Below are positions 28,201 to 39,532 of a stretch of 64,000 nucleotides of DNA, piece after piece. The position numbers and the translations under genes are program-made. The DNA is from Longimicrobiales bacterium (lineage in GTDB: Bacteria; Gemmatimonadota; Gemmatimonadetes; Longimicrobiales; Gaopeijiaceae): assembly GCA_041690395.1 (NCBI GenBank), contig JAWLHJ010000004.1:561365-625364 (forward strand), read 5' to 3'. The notes beneath the pieces were generated by a model. The model was not told the origin of the DNA. It ran no database searches and worked only from the letters and a program-made list of their open reading frames with translations. Numbering within the stretch: the stretch's first letter is position 1; every line of letters starts with the position of its first letter.

Positions 28201-29712
28201 ATGACGCCTCCATCGTCCGTCATCCCCGTCCTCATGTGTGGCGGATCGGGGACCCGCCTCTGGCCCCTCTCGCGGGCATCCGCGCCTAAGCAGTTCGTGC
28301 CGCTCACCGGAGACCGCAGCCTCCTGCGTGAAACGTGCGCCCGGGTCGCGCCCCATGCCGGTTCCCGCTGGATCGCCGTCACGAATGTCGATCACCGCTT
28401 CCTGGTCGCCGAACAGCTACGCGCCGAAGGGCTCGAGCAGTCCGCCATCCTCCTCGAACCCGTCGCCAGGAACACCGCCCCCGCCATCGCCGTCGCCGCG
28501 CTCGAAGCGCTCGCCAAGGGGCCCGGAACCGCTGGGGAAGTGGATTCCGATGCGGATCCGATCCTCCTCGTTCTTCCCTCGGATCACGTCATACGCAACC
28601 GGGAGGCCTTCGGTGACGCCCTCTCCCAGGCCGTGACGGAGGCCGCGAGCGGCGCCCTCGTCACCTTCGGCGTCGTCCCCACCGGCCCGTCGACCGGCTA
28701 CGGCTACATCCGGGCAGGTGACGCGGAGAAGGGTGACGCGGAGAAGGGTGGCGCGGCCGGCGCGGGCGGCACCGCGGCCGCCTCCACCGCCCGCCCCGTC
28801 GCCGAGTTCGTCGAGAAGCCCGACGCCGACACCGCCGCCCGCTACGTCGCATCCGGCGACTACTTCTGGAACAGCGGGATGTTCGTCTTCCGCGCGAGCC
28901 GGTACCTGGCCGAGCTCGAGCGCCACCGGCCCGACATGCTCGCCCTCTGCCGGAAGGCGTTCGACGCCCGCCGCGCCGAGTCCGACTTCGTCAGGCTCGC
29001 CGACGAGCCTTTCGGCGCCATCGAGCCCGAGTCCATCGACTACGCCGTCATGGAGCATACCGACGCCGCCGTCGTCGTGCCCCTCGACGCCGACTGGAAC
29101 GACGTCGGCAGCTGGGACGCGCTCTGGGACATCGCCGACAAGGACGCCGACGGCAACGCCACCGCCGGCGACGTCCTCACCGCCGACACCTCCGGGTCCT
29201 ATCTCCGGAGCGATGGCCGGCGACTCCTCGCCGCGGTCGGCCTCCGGGACATCGTCGTGGTCGACACCCCCGACGCCGTGCTCGTCGCGCCTCGCGCCCG
29301 CGCGCAAGAGGTCAAGGCGATCGTCGAGCAGCTGAAGGCCGCCGACCGGGAGGAGGCCCAGCTCCCCGCCCGTGTCCTCCGCCCCTGGGGCGACTACGAG
29401 AGCCTCGACGTCGGGAAGATGTACCAGGTCAAGCGGATCACCGTGAAGCCCGGCGCCAAGCTCTCGATCCAGAAGCACCGGCACCGCGCCGAGCACTGGA
29501 CCGTCGTCGAGGGAACCGCACGGGTGCTGCGGGACGACGAGACCTTCGATCTCGAGGAGAACGAGTCGTGCTTCCTGCCGCTAGGTTGCGTGCACCGACT
29601 CGAGAACCCCGGCACCGAGCCGATGATTCTCATCGAGGTGCAGTACGGCGACTACCTCGGCGAGGACGACATCATCCGGTTCGAGGACGAGTATGGGCGG
29701 GTGGAGAAGTAG
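28201..29712 (+). CDS. manC: Mannose-1-phosphate guanylyltransferase / mannose-6-phosphate isomerase
   Basis: GGSGTRLWPLSR..PKQF, EPVARNTAPAI, FVEKP, WNSGMF, RPWG, HRHRAEHW cupin domain. Confidence 0.95.
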   Translation: MTPPSSVIPVLMCGGSGTRLWPLSRASAPKQFVPLTGDRSLLRETCARVAPHAGSRWIAVTNVDHRFLVAEQLRAEGLEQSAILLEPVARNTAPAIAVAALEALAKGPGTAGEVDSDADPILLVLPSDHVIRNREAFGDALSQAVTEAASGALVTFGVVPTGPSTGYGYIRAGDAEKGDAEKGGAAGAGGTAAASTARPVAEFVEKPDADTAARYVASGDYFWNSGMFVFRASRYLAELERHRPDMLALCRKAFDARRAESDFVRLADEPFGAIEPESIDYAVMEHTDAAVVVPLDADWNDVGSWDALWDIADKDADGNATAGDVLTADTSGSYLRSDGRRLLAAVGLRDIVVVDTPDAVLVAPRARAQEVKAIVEQLKAADREEAQLPARVLRPWGDYESLDVGKMYQVKRITVKPGAKLSIQKHRHRAEHWTVVEGTARVLRDDETFDLEENESCFLPLGCVHRLENPGTEPMILIEVQYGDYLGEDDIIRFEDEYGRVEK

Positions 29713-29733
29713 GGCGCGGAGGGCCCACCCCCC

Positions 29734-31770
<2,037 letters not shown>

Positions 31771-31923
31771 GGGAGCGTTTGCCGGGGGTTGGTGCGGAAA
31801 CCGAGATGGAGGCCGATCGGGCCATGTCGCCGGCCCGGGGGCCGCGCGAGGATCCTCATGATTCCCGTATGGAGACCGTAAGTTCCTATCCTTCCCGGCC
31901 CAGGAGGTATTACATTGTATGAC

Positions 31924-32145
31924 ATGAAGACCTCGACCCTGACGATTCGACTGGATCCAGAGATGGAGGCGCAGCTCGACCGGGCGGCTGAGCGGGCGGG
32001 CAGGACGCGTAGCGAGTTCGTGCGTGATGCGCTCCGACGTCAGATCGCCCTCGCCGAGTTCGAAGAGCTACGGAGGATCATCATGCCGTTCGCCGAGGCG
32101 CGCGGCTACCTGACCGACGAGGACGTGTTCCGCGACGTCTCGTGA
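31924..32145 (+). CDS. CopG/ribbon-helix-helix antitoxin
   Basis: [38 protein letters not shown] tail; GTGA overlap with the PIN gene. TTG at 31915 is an alternative start. Confidence 0.85.
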   Translation: MKTSTLTIRLDPEMEAQLDRAAERAGRTRSEFVRDALRRQIALAEFEELRRIIMPFAEARGYLTDEDVFRDVS

Positions 32146-32549
32146 GGGTGTTTCTCGACACGAACGTCCTGGTATCGGCGTTCGGCACCCGGGGCCTATG
32201 CACGGATGTGCTCCTCGCGGTCCTTCGGGATCACGAACTCGTGACCGGAGAGACGGTACTAGAAGAGCTACCTCGGGTGCTGGCGCGGAAGTTCCGGCTC
32301 CCCGGGACCACGGTCGAGCGCGTCGTGACGCTGCTCCGGCACGAGTCGGTGATGATAGCCCGGGCCATGTCCATCGACGTCGATGTGCGCGATCCCAATG
32401 ACGTGTCCATCCTCGGTGAAGGGCTGGCAGGGCAGGCCGAGGTGCTCGTGACCGGCGATGAGGACCTGCTCGAGGTGTCGGACCCCGGGGCGATCCGAAT
32501 CGTGAGTCCGCGGGCGTTTTGGGAGATGCTGAGAACGAAGGGCGCCTGA
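32142..32549 (+). CDS. PIN-domain toxin (PIN_3-type)
   Basis: VFLDTNVLVSA, RDPND, LVTGDEDLL, IVSPRAF. Confidence 0.9.
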   Translation: MRVFLDTNVLVSAFGTRGLCTDVLLAVLRDHELVTGETVLEELPRVLARKFRLPGTTVERVVTLLRHESVMIARAMSIDVDVRDPNDVSILGEGLAGQAEVLVTGDEDLLEVSDPGAIRIVSPRAFWEMLRTKGA

Positions 32550-32556
32550 ACGGAGC

Positions 32557-33063
32557 CTACTTGGCGGCAACCCGCTCCACCGCCCCCGGCAACCTCCGCC
32601 GGATCATCCGCGCGCCCACGCTCACCGTCACCAGCGTGCCGACCACCACCAGCCCCCAGAACGCCGGCCACAAGGCCCGCTGCTCGAGCGTCGAGGCCAG
32701 CACCGGCATCACGAATCGCGTGAGCGTCTCGGCCACGGCCGCGGCCATGAGCCCCACGTACGACCACGCCATCCAGGCCGCGTGCGCATCGATCCATTGC
32801 CCCTCGGGACGACGGGCCAGCACGCTCCACACTCCGGCGCCCACCGTGAGCAGGGCGACCACGGCGGCGAAGTGGAACGGGGTCACGCGGCCGGTCAGGT
32901 TGTACATGGCCAGCGAGGTCGCCACGAGGCCGAGCATGCTCCACGCGTAGCCGTGACCCCACGTGCGGTGCCAGCGGGTGCCCTTGGGAAGCAGCAACGT
33001 GACGGCGCCGAGCAGAATGGCGAGGAGGCTGAACGTGAAGTGCACGGCGCCGATGGGTGTCAT
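32557..33063 (-). CDS. DUF2306-like membrane protein
   Basis: About five TM helices; KGTRWHRTWGHGY, PFH, H..WMAWSYVGL; ATG overlaps the mazF stop. Confidence 0.7.
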   Translation of the reverse strand: MTPIGAVHFTFSLLAILLGAVTLLLPKGTRWHRTWGHGYAWSMLGLVATSLAMYNLTGRVTPFHFAAVVALLTVGAGVWSVLARRPEGQWIDAHAAWMAWSYVGLMAAAVAETLTRFVMPVLASTLEQRALWPAFWGLVVVGTLVTVSVGARMIRRRLPGAVERVAAK

Positions 33064-33407
33064 GTCAGCTCCAATACGAGACGAAGCCCGCGGTCCACCT
33101 CTCGCATGATCCGGCGAGGGGCCTTCCCCGCCTTCTCCGCCAGGAACACTACGTCGAGCGTTACGATCTGCGTGATGTTCGCCACCGAGTCCCTGGGCAG
33201 ACCACTGGCTTCGGACCGGACGAGCACGTTGCCCGGCGCGCCGATCAGGCGGGTGTTCGAGGTCAGCACGACGCAAAGGACGGTCGAGAGTCGGCTCCGA
33301 TTGAACGCGTCCGCCTGCACGACGAGCACGGGGCGTCGGCGCCCAGGCTCGGAGCCGCGAGGCTCATCGAGATCGGCCCACCATATCTCTCCTCGCTCGA
33401 CTACCAA
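33060..33407 (-). CDS. mazF: MazF/PemK endoribonuclease toxin
   Basis: RGEIWWADL..GSEPGRRRPVLVVQ.D.FN, LTSN, APGNV, GLPRDSVAN. Confidence 0.93.
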   Translation of the reverse strand: MVVERGEIWWADLDEPRGSEPGRRRPVLVVQADAFNRSRLSTVLCVVLTSNTRLIGAPGNVLVRSEASGLPRDSVANITQIVTLDVVFLAEKAGKAPRRIMREVDRGLRLVLELT

Positions 33408-33637
33408 TCGGACCCACCGACGCTCCGGGCCTGCGCCGCCCTGAGATCGGCGTCGAGCCCCCCTGGCTCCTCGGCATACACCTCGTTGAGACGCGCCGTC
33501 AGGTCCTCGTCTCGGTGCTTGGCCACATACTCCGTGACGGCCTGGGCGTAGAGCTCACTCCGAGACACGCCGAGCCGGCCGGCCATCTCGTCGGCAGCCT
33601 CGTGGATCTCATCGGGGACCGAAATCGCGATCTTCAT
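33401..33637 (-). CDS. RHH antitoxin partnering MazF
   Basis: MKIAISVPD..A..LGVSRSELY..AV; overlaps the mazF start. Confidence 0.88.
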   Translation of the reverse strand: MKIAISVPDEIHEAADEMAGRLGVSRSELYAQAVTEYVAKHRDEDLTARLNEVYAEEPGGLDADLRAAQARSVGGSDW

Positions 33638-33739
33638 ACCTATATCATACTATAGTCATACCAACGCGCGCTACGGTCACGCACCATCGCTCCTCGTGTC
33701 CCGCACGCGGGAAGGGCGCGAGGATAGTTGGATGGGACG

Positions 33740-34226
33740 TCAGGCCAACCCCAACGTCTCCCGCACACCCGAATGCGACGGCTCCCACGCCGCCTCGCCC
33801 ACTGCCAGCACCCCACGCGCCGGCAGGGTCACCCCGCCAATCGTCGGGCACTCGGCCAACCGGGTAGGCGCGCCGAGATCGTCCCCGTTCAGCACGGCCC
33901 GTGACGCGGCCACCCAGTACATCCGCTTGGGCATGAGCACGCCGTCGTGCCCGCTGGGCATGGTCCCGGACAGGCGCAGGTCCCCGAGTCCGAGGAGGTG
34001 GCGCGCCAGGAGCTCCCGCTATCGCCCACCGGCCCTCCGGGTCCCGGTGCCACACCGTCCGGTACGGCGCGAAGCTGTTCTCGGGGAAGACGCGGAGTGC
34101 CAGCACGTGACCGGAGCCCAGCGGCAATCCGAACACGCCCCACCCGCGCACATACTCGTGACCGGGAAACGGCGGCCGCCCTCGGCCCGACGGCATCGAC
34201 TCGAGCTCCTTCCTCAGATCCAACAC
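33740..34226 (-). pseudogene. Internally deleted and frameshifted conserved hypothetical gene
   Basis: Protein-like N-part (HEYVRGWGVFGLPLGSGHVLALRVFPENSFAPYRTVWHRDPEGRWAI) and C-part (RELLARHLLGLGDLRLSGTMPSGH..PARGVLAVGEAAW) are in different frames and abut at about 34020. Confidence 0.65.
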
Positions 34227-34329
34227 GGGCGCCCCCCTCGTTCGGGTTCACGTCACTCCGTGTCAGGATGCGTGGAAGTGGGGGGCGGAGGGACAGCTCT
34301 CACGGGCTCGTCACGATCCGCCTTTAGCC

Positions 34330-34842
34330 TCACCGGCCCTGGATCATCCGGTCCACCGACGCCGCGCCGCTCCCCCGCAGGACGATGGCCGCTGCCATCG
34401 CGATGGCCAGGAGATGGAACTCGAACCCCTCGGCGCCCGCAGCGAGCGCTCCGTCCCAGTTCATGAAGAAGCCGTGCTCGAGATGGGTCGCGGCCGCCAC
34501 GGTCATCAGGACGGCGATCCCCAACGCCGCGATCCGCCCGCCCACGCCGACCAGGAGCGCCAGAGGCGCGGAGAACTCACTTACGATGGCGAGCGTCGCC
34601 AGGGCCCCGGGAATCCCGACGACGGTCGTCATCCACTCGTGCGTTCCCGCGAAGCCGTAGCCTCCGAACCAGCCGAACAGGTGCTGGGCGCCGTGGGGGA
34701 ACAGGACCCCGGCGAGGGCGACGCGGATCACGAGGAGCGCCGGGTCCGGGTCGGTCCGGACGAAAGACGCGAGGAGATCTCGCCCGGCGCTCATCCGGTC
34801 GAGACGGCGAGTGGTCGTGAGGGTGCTCGTCTGCGTGCTCAT
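34330..34842 (-). CDS. DoxX family membrane protein
   Basis: RVALAGVLFPHGAQHLFGWFGGYG, GFFMNW, EGFEFHLL, GSGAASVD. Confidence 0.9.
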   Translation of the reverse strand: MSTQTSTLTTTRRLDRMSAGRDLLASFVRTDPDPALLVIRVALAGVLFPHGAQHLFGWFGGYGFAGTHEWMTTVVGIPGALATLAIVSEFSAPLALLVGVGGRIAALGIAVLMTVAAATHLEHGFFMNWDGALAAGAEGFEFHLLAIAMAAAIVLRGSGAASVDRMIQGR

Positions 34843-34888
34843 ATCGTCTTGTTCATCTTCATTTGTGTGCCGATTGAGGCACAGTTGG

Positions 34889-34914
34889 TGTCATATCAAT
34901 CGTTGACATGACAA
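34889..34914. promoter_or_regulatory. Inverted repeat upstream of doxX, candidate MarR operator
   Basis: tgtcatatcaa-tcg-ttgacatgaca (11-bp arms, 1 mismatch). Confidence 0.6.
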
Positions 34915-34941
34915 GCATCTAGGTAAAGGAAAGGCCCATCT

Positions 34942-35424
34942 TCAGGCTCGGCGGACCCGCTCCAGAATCGCCGTGAGCTGCGCGATCTCGTGGGCGTCGA
35001 GCGTCCCGACCGCCTCGCCGTCCGCGCGGTCCACCGCCTCGTCGAGATCGGCCAGCAGAGCCAAGCCCGGCTTCTCGATGTGCGTCAGGACCAGCCGGCG
35101 ATCCTCCTCCGACCGCTCCCTCCGCACGAAGCCCTTCGACTCCAACCGGTCGAGCAGCCTCGTGATGCCCGGCGTCTGCTCGATGAGGCGCTCCCCGATC
35201 TCGAGGGTCGGCAACGGCTCCGGGTGGGATCCCCGCAGGATGCGCAGGACGTTGTACTGCTGGAGCGTGATGCCCTTCGGCTCGATCACCCCACTCAACC
35301 TCCGGCGCACCACATCCGCGGTCCGGAGGATGGCGATGGTCGCCTCCTCCGCCGGCCCGCGAAACGGCCTACCCTGCTTGATCTCGGCCTGGAGGGTGCC
35401 CGATGGGTTCCGTGAAGTGCTCAT
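34942..35424 (-). CDS. MarR family transcriptional regulator
   Basis: GITLQQYNVLRILRG, TRLLDRLESKGFVRRERSEEDRR; ATG at 35424. Confidence 0.92.
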   Translation of the reverse strand: MSTSRNPSGTLQAEIKQGRPFRGPAEEATIAILRTADVVRRRLSGVIEPKGITLQQYNVLRILRGSHPEPLPTLEIGERLIEQTPGITRLLDRLESKGFVRRERSEEDRRLVLTHIEKPGLALLADLDEAVDRADGEAVGTLDAHEIAQLTAILERVRRA

Positions 35425-35431
35425 ATCTATA

Positions 35432-35468
35432 ATTGATATGATTATGATTGACGTGTCAAGTATCAATC
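35432..35468. promoter_or_regulatory. AT-rich marR promoter/operator with TTGACGTGTCAA near-palindrome
   Basis: ttgacgtgtcaa at 35448-35459 and attgatatga at 35432-35441 match the half-sites upstream of doxX. Confidence 0.55.
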
Positions 35469-35565
35469 GGAACCGCGTAGCGACGGACGGCATGTGAGAC
35501 ATCACTGACCACCAACGCGTTCGCGTCAGCGCACCACAGCTCCCTCGTCCAGTCGACGGCGGAGT

Positions 35566-35670
35566 CCATCCGGCGAAGACACCCTGCCCCACGAGATGCG
35601 CCAACGAGAGCTCGCCCTCCTGCCCATCCTCGAAGCGGATCCAGACGTGGTAGTTGGGTTCGGGGATTCC
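35566..35670 (-). pseudogene. DUF2442-like gene remnant
   Basis: Startless fragment IPEPNYHVWIRFEDGQEGELSLAHLVGQGVFAGW resembles the N-half of DUF2442 proteins (recalled pattern Y..W.RF.DG..GE..L..L...GVF..W). Confidence 0.5.
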
Positions 35671-37323
35671 CTACCGCGGCCTCCACCTCGCCGACAGGCT
35701 CAGATTCAGGTTCCAGAAGTCGTTGCCGCGATCGAAGTATCGATTGAACTCGCGCGTGAGCGTCATGCCACCCCCGAGGTCGAACGGCCCCGCGAACCAG
35801 AGCGCGTCGAGCCCGGCGCTGAGGTCGACATGGTGGCAGCACGAGTCCAGGTCGTTGGCGTCGGCGAACACGTAGTACGCGTCGTTGTCGTGGGTCCGTC
35901 GCTCCAGCAGCAACCGGGTCCGGCCCCAGTCGTCCCACAGCTCCGTCGTGATGACCTGGGCGTTCCCGCCCGGCCCGACGTTGGAGCCGATCACCTGCCC
36001 CTCGTTCGTGTAGCCCTGGCGTACGATGTGGTGGCTGTAGAAGACCGGCGTGGCGCGGACCTCCAGCGTCCGGCCTCGCTGCAGGTTGATCATCTCGGCG
36101 CCGACGGCGAGGCGTCGCTCCCCATCGAGCCGCGTGGCCTTCCTCAGCCCCAGCAGGTATCCCTGGGAATGCTCGGGCTCCATGAAGAAGTCACGGAAGT
36201 CCCAGCTGTGATCGTTCCGCGCCCACTCGCCGTACAGCTCGAGACCGCTCTCCGGGAACACCCAGCGCATGAACAGCGAGAGCATCTGGTCCTCGCGGTC
36301 GTCGCCGGTGGGGTTGTCGGGCGAGACGAAGCTCTCCTTCCGGACACCCTGAAGCACGAGGAAGAAGTCCTCGAGCTCGGTCCCGCCGGGATCGACGAAC
36401 CCGTAGAACATGCGGGTCGCCCCGAAGAACAACCCCTCGACGAACGCCGGCTGGTACGTAAGGGCCAGCCCCGTCAGGAACCGGTCGGTCTCCGTGAAGG
36501 ACGGATCGAAGTAGTCCGACTGATCGAGACGCCCCCAGATCCACTGCGCTTCCAGATCGCCGATCCAGATATCCACGGGCCGGCGTGTCCCGATGAACCC
36601 GTGCACGATGCCCGGCGCGTTGTCGCTCATGAGGATCGAGTGATGGATGCCCGGACCCCACCAGAGGTTCCGGCTGCTCAGGCCCAGCGTGACACCGCGC
36701 ACGTCGATCCGGATCTCGGAGTCGCCGGGGTGCAGCGTGGTGACCGACTCGTCACCGAACCGCTGGGGCATGTCCATTCGCCGCCAGGGATACGCGTACT
36801 CCGGCATGCCGGGGAGCGTGACGGGTGCCAGGTCGAACGACGCATTCTGGGATACCGTGAAGACGGGCTGCGCGCGGACCGAGAGCCAACCCCACCTGGC
36901 CCACCCTCCGATGTCGAGGGCCGTCGTCAGTCCCTTCCCCTGCCAGACGACTCCGTCGTTGCCACCCCACGGGCGACTCGTGTTCGCGAACAGCCGCATG
37001 CGGGCTTCCGTGAAGCCGACATCCGTGCTCCAGGGCGTATGCAGGCCGGCGTCCTCCCGGTCGTCGCGCCGCATGAACGAGCCCCCGAGGCGTTCGGCCC
37101 ACGGGTGTCGCGGCCCGGCGAGCTGCGGCGGCGCCCCGTCCAGCAACGGCCGGATGGAGAACGCACTCGGGGACGCGTCGCCGGTCAGCTCGAGCAGACG
37201 GAGGTAATCCTCCAACGGGTCACCGACGCGGAGGGATTGGGCGGAGATGGGGGCCGCGAATGAGGCGACCAACCCGAAGCTCACACTCGCCACAACCGCC
37301 GCGGCCTTCATCGAGCTCAACAT
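35671..37323 (-). CDS. Capsule assembly Wzi-family outer membrane protein
   Basis: Signal peptide; NDGVVWQGKG, DMPQRFG, NLWWGPGIHHSILMSDNAPG, ELYGEWARND; start overlaps the relA stop. Confidence 0.8.
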   Translation of the reverse strand: MLSSMKAAAVVASVSFGLVASFAAPISAQSLRVGDPLEDYLRLLELTGDASPSAFSIRPLLDGAPPQLAGPRHPWAERLGGSFMRRDDREDAGLHTPWSTDVGFTEARMRLFANTSRPWGGNDGVVWQGKGLTTALDIGGWARWGWLSVRAQPVFTVSQNASFDLAPVTLPGMPEYAYPWRRMDMPQRFGDESVTTLHPGDSEIRIDVRGVTLGLSSRNLWWGPGIHHSILMSDNAPGIVHGFIGTRRPVDIWIGDLEAQWIWGRLDQSDYFDPSFTETDRFLTGLALTYQPAFVEGLFFGATRMFYGFVDPGGTELEDFFLVLQGVRKESFVSPDNPTGDDREDQMLSLFMRWVFPESGLELYGEWARNDHSWDFRDFFMEPEHSQGYLLGLRKATRLDGERRLAVGAEMINLQRGRTLEVRATPVFYSHHIVRQGYTNEGQVIGSNVGPGGNAQVITTELWDDWGRTRLLLERRTHDNDAYYVFADANDLDSCCHHVDLSAGLDALWFAGPFDLGGGMTLTREFNRYFDRGNDFWNLNLSLSARWRPR

Positions 37324-39527
37324 CACGCCCACCCCAGGTCGTCCTCGTCGAAGTGCTCCCTGCGCTCCACGTCGAGCACGCCCTTCACCCGCGCGATGGA
37401 ACGTCTGACCTTCTCCAGATGTGACAGGTCGCGGACCTCGATGACGAACTCGCCCTGCATGCCGCCCTCCGTCGCGCGCATGTCCGCGTGCTGGATGTCG
37501 GTGCCCGTGGCGCTGATCGCCTTGGCCACGTCCGACAGCAGTCCCCTCCGGTCCGTGCCCCGCATGAACAGCTTCACGAAGAAGCGGTCGTTCTTCTCGG
37601 CGGTCCACTCAATCTCGACGCGGCGCTCGGGATCTTTAGCCAGGGCCAGCACGTTCGGGCAGTCCTTGCGGTGGATGCTCACCCCCCGCCCCCGCGTGAT
37701 GTAGCCGACGACCGGGTCACCGGGCACGGGCTGACAACAGCGGCTGTAGCGCACCATGAGGTTGTCCATCCCCTGGATGCGCACGCCCTTCGGGCTCAGC
37801 CGGAGCTTCTCGGCGAGCTTGGTGAACGTCGACGGCTCGCGCTTGGCGACCTCGGAGGGGTCGTAGTCGGGGTGGAACTGCTTGATGACCGCCGTGGGCC
37901 CGACGTCGCCCCGGCCGAGGGCGGCGTAGAGCTGGTCGAGGTCGTTGTAGCCCAGGTTGGCCGAGCCCTGCCCGAGCACGTCGGGGTTCTCGGGGAGCGT
38001 GAGCTTGGCCTTCTTCAGCTCCCGGTCGAGCATCTCCTTGCCCAGCTTGTGGGCGCTCTCGAACTCCTCCTGCCGGATCCAGTGACGGATCCTCTGGCGG
38101 GCCCGGGACGTCTTCACGAACGCCAGCCAGTCGCGGTTCGGCTTCTGGCGGGGGTTGGTGATCACCTCGATGGTGTCGCCGTTCCGGAGCTCGCGCGACA
38201 GCGGTGCGATACGGCCGTTCACCTTGGCGCCGGCGCAGTGGAGCCCGATCTCGGTGTGGACGTGGAACGCGAAATCGATGGGGGTCGAGCCCTGCGGGAG
38301 CGCCTTCACGTCGCCCTGGGGCGTGAACACGAAGATCTCGCCCTGGAACAGGTCCATGCGGAGGAACTCCATGAACTCCTCCGGCTCGGCGGTGTCCTGC
38401 TGCCACTCGAGCACCTGCCGGAACCACGACAGCGCCTCGTCGGCCTCGCTCTTCGACGACTCCGGGTCGGTCCGGCCCTCCTTGTAGCGCCAGTGCGCCG
38501 CGATGCCGAACTCGGCGGTGCGGTGCATCTCCTGGGTGCGGATCTGGATCTCGTAGCGCCGCCCGCCCGGACCGAAGATGGTCGTGTGGAGCGAGCGGTA
38601 CATGTTCGACTTCGGCGTGGCGATGTAGTCGTGGAACCGCTCGGGGATCGGCGTCCAACGGCTGTGGATGACGCCGAGGGCGGCGTAGCAGTTCTGGACC
38701 GAGTCGGTGAGGACCCTCATGGCCATGAGGTCGTAGATCTCCTCGAACGGCCGGCCCCGCTTGACCATCTTGTTGTGGACGGACCAGAGGTGCTTCGGCC
38801 GTCCGCTCACCTCGGCCGGGATGCCCGCTTCCTTGAGCGCGTCCTCGAGGGGGCGCTGGAGCTCCAGGATCTCGCGCTCCCGGGTCTTCCTGCGCTGCTG
38901 GATCTTCTTGCGGAGCTCGTCGTAGGCCTCGGGCTCCAGGGCCTTGAACGCCAGGTCCTCGAGCTCCCAGCGGAGCGCGGCCATGCCGAGGCGGTGGGCG
39001 AGCGGGGCGTAGATCTCGCGCGTCTCCAGGGCGATGCGCCGCCGCTTCGGCTCGGGTAGGTACTCGAGGGTACGCATGTTGTGGAGGCGGTCGGCCAGCT
39101 TCACCAGGATCACCCGGGCGTCCGTGGCCATGGACAGGAGCATCTTCCGGTAGTTCTCGACCTGATGCTCCGTGGCCGAGCGGAACTCGACCTTGCCCAG
39201 CTTGGTCACCCCGTCGACGATCTGGGCGACCTCCTTACCGAACCGCTCCTCGACCTCGCGGATGGAGATCTCGGTGTCCTCGACCGTGTCGTGGATCAGC
39301 CCGGCGATGATCGTGGCCGTGTCCAGCCGCAGCTGCGCCAGGATGGTCGCGACCTCGATCGTGTGCTGGACGTACTCCTCCCCCGACGCACGCAGCTGGC
39401 CCGCGTGCGCATCGACGGCCAGGTCGTAGGCCGCCTTGATCGCCTCGATGTCGAGGCGGTCGGCGTGGGCCTCGAGGGCCCGCGCGAGCGGGCGCGGGAG
39501 GCCGCGGATGGTGGGGGTGGTGGTCAT
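37323..39527 (-). CDS. relA: Bifunctional (p)ppGpp synthetase/hydrolase (long RSH)
   Basis: HD domain (LIHDTVED), KLADRLHNMRTL, YRSLHT, EIQIRT, TGS (TPIDFAF.VHTEIG), CC.P zinc site, ACT domain. Confidence 0.96.
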   Translation of the reverse strand: MTTTPTIRGLPRPLARALEAHADRLDIEAIKAAYDLAVDAHAGQLRASGEEYVQHTIEVATILAQLRLDTATIIAGLIHDTVEDTEISIREVEERFGKEVAQIVDGVTKLGKVEFRSATEHQVENYRKMLLSMATDARVILVKLADRLHNMRTLEYLPEPKRRRIALETREIYAPLAHRLGMAALRWELEDLAFKALEPEAYDELRKKIQQRRKTREREILELQRPLEDALKEAGIPAEVSGRPKHLWSVHNKMVKRGRPFEEIYDLMAMRVLTDSVQNCYAALGVIHSRWTPIPERFHDYIATPKSNMYRSLHTTIFGPGGRRYEIQIRTQEMHRTAEFGIAAHWRYKEGRTDPESSKSEADEALSWFRQVLEWQQDTAEPEEFMEFLRMDLFQGEIFVFTPQGDVKALPQGSTPIDFAFHVHTEIGLHCAGAKVNGRIAPLSRELRNGDTIEVITNPRQKPNRDWLAFVKTSRARQRIRHWIRQEEFESAHKLGKEMLDRELKKAKLTLPENPDVLGQGSANLGYNDLDQLYAALGRGDVGPTAVIKQFHPDYDPSEVAKREPSTFTKLAEKLRLSPKGVRIQGMDNLMVRYSRCCQPVPGDPVVGYITRGRGVSIHRKDCPNVLALAKDPERRVEIEWTAEKNDRFFVKLFMRGTDRRGLLSDVAKAISATGTDIQHADMRATEGGMQGEFVIEVRDLSHLEKVRRSIARVKGVLDVERREHFDEDDLGWA

Positions 39528-39532
39528 AGTCG

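Noticed and set aside
34942..37323. Stop-codon read-through fusing wzi, the DUF2442 stub and marR (same frame, single TAG)
   Set aside because: Wzi ends in a normal beta-barrel terminus, marR has its own promoter region, and no recoding signal is evident; the shared frame is probably chance.
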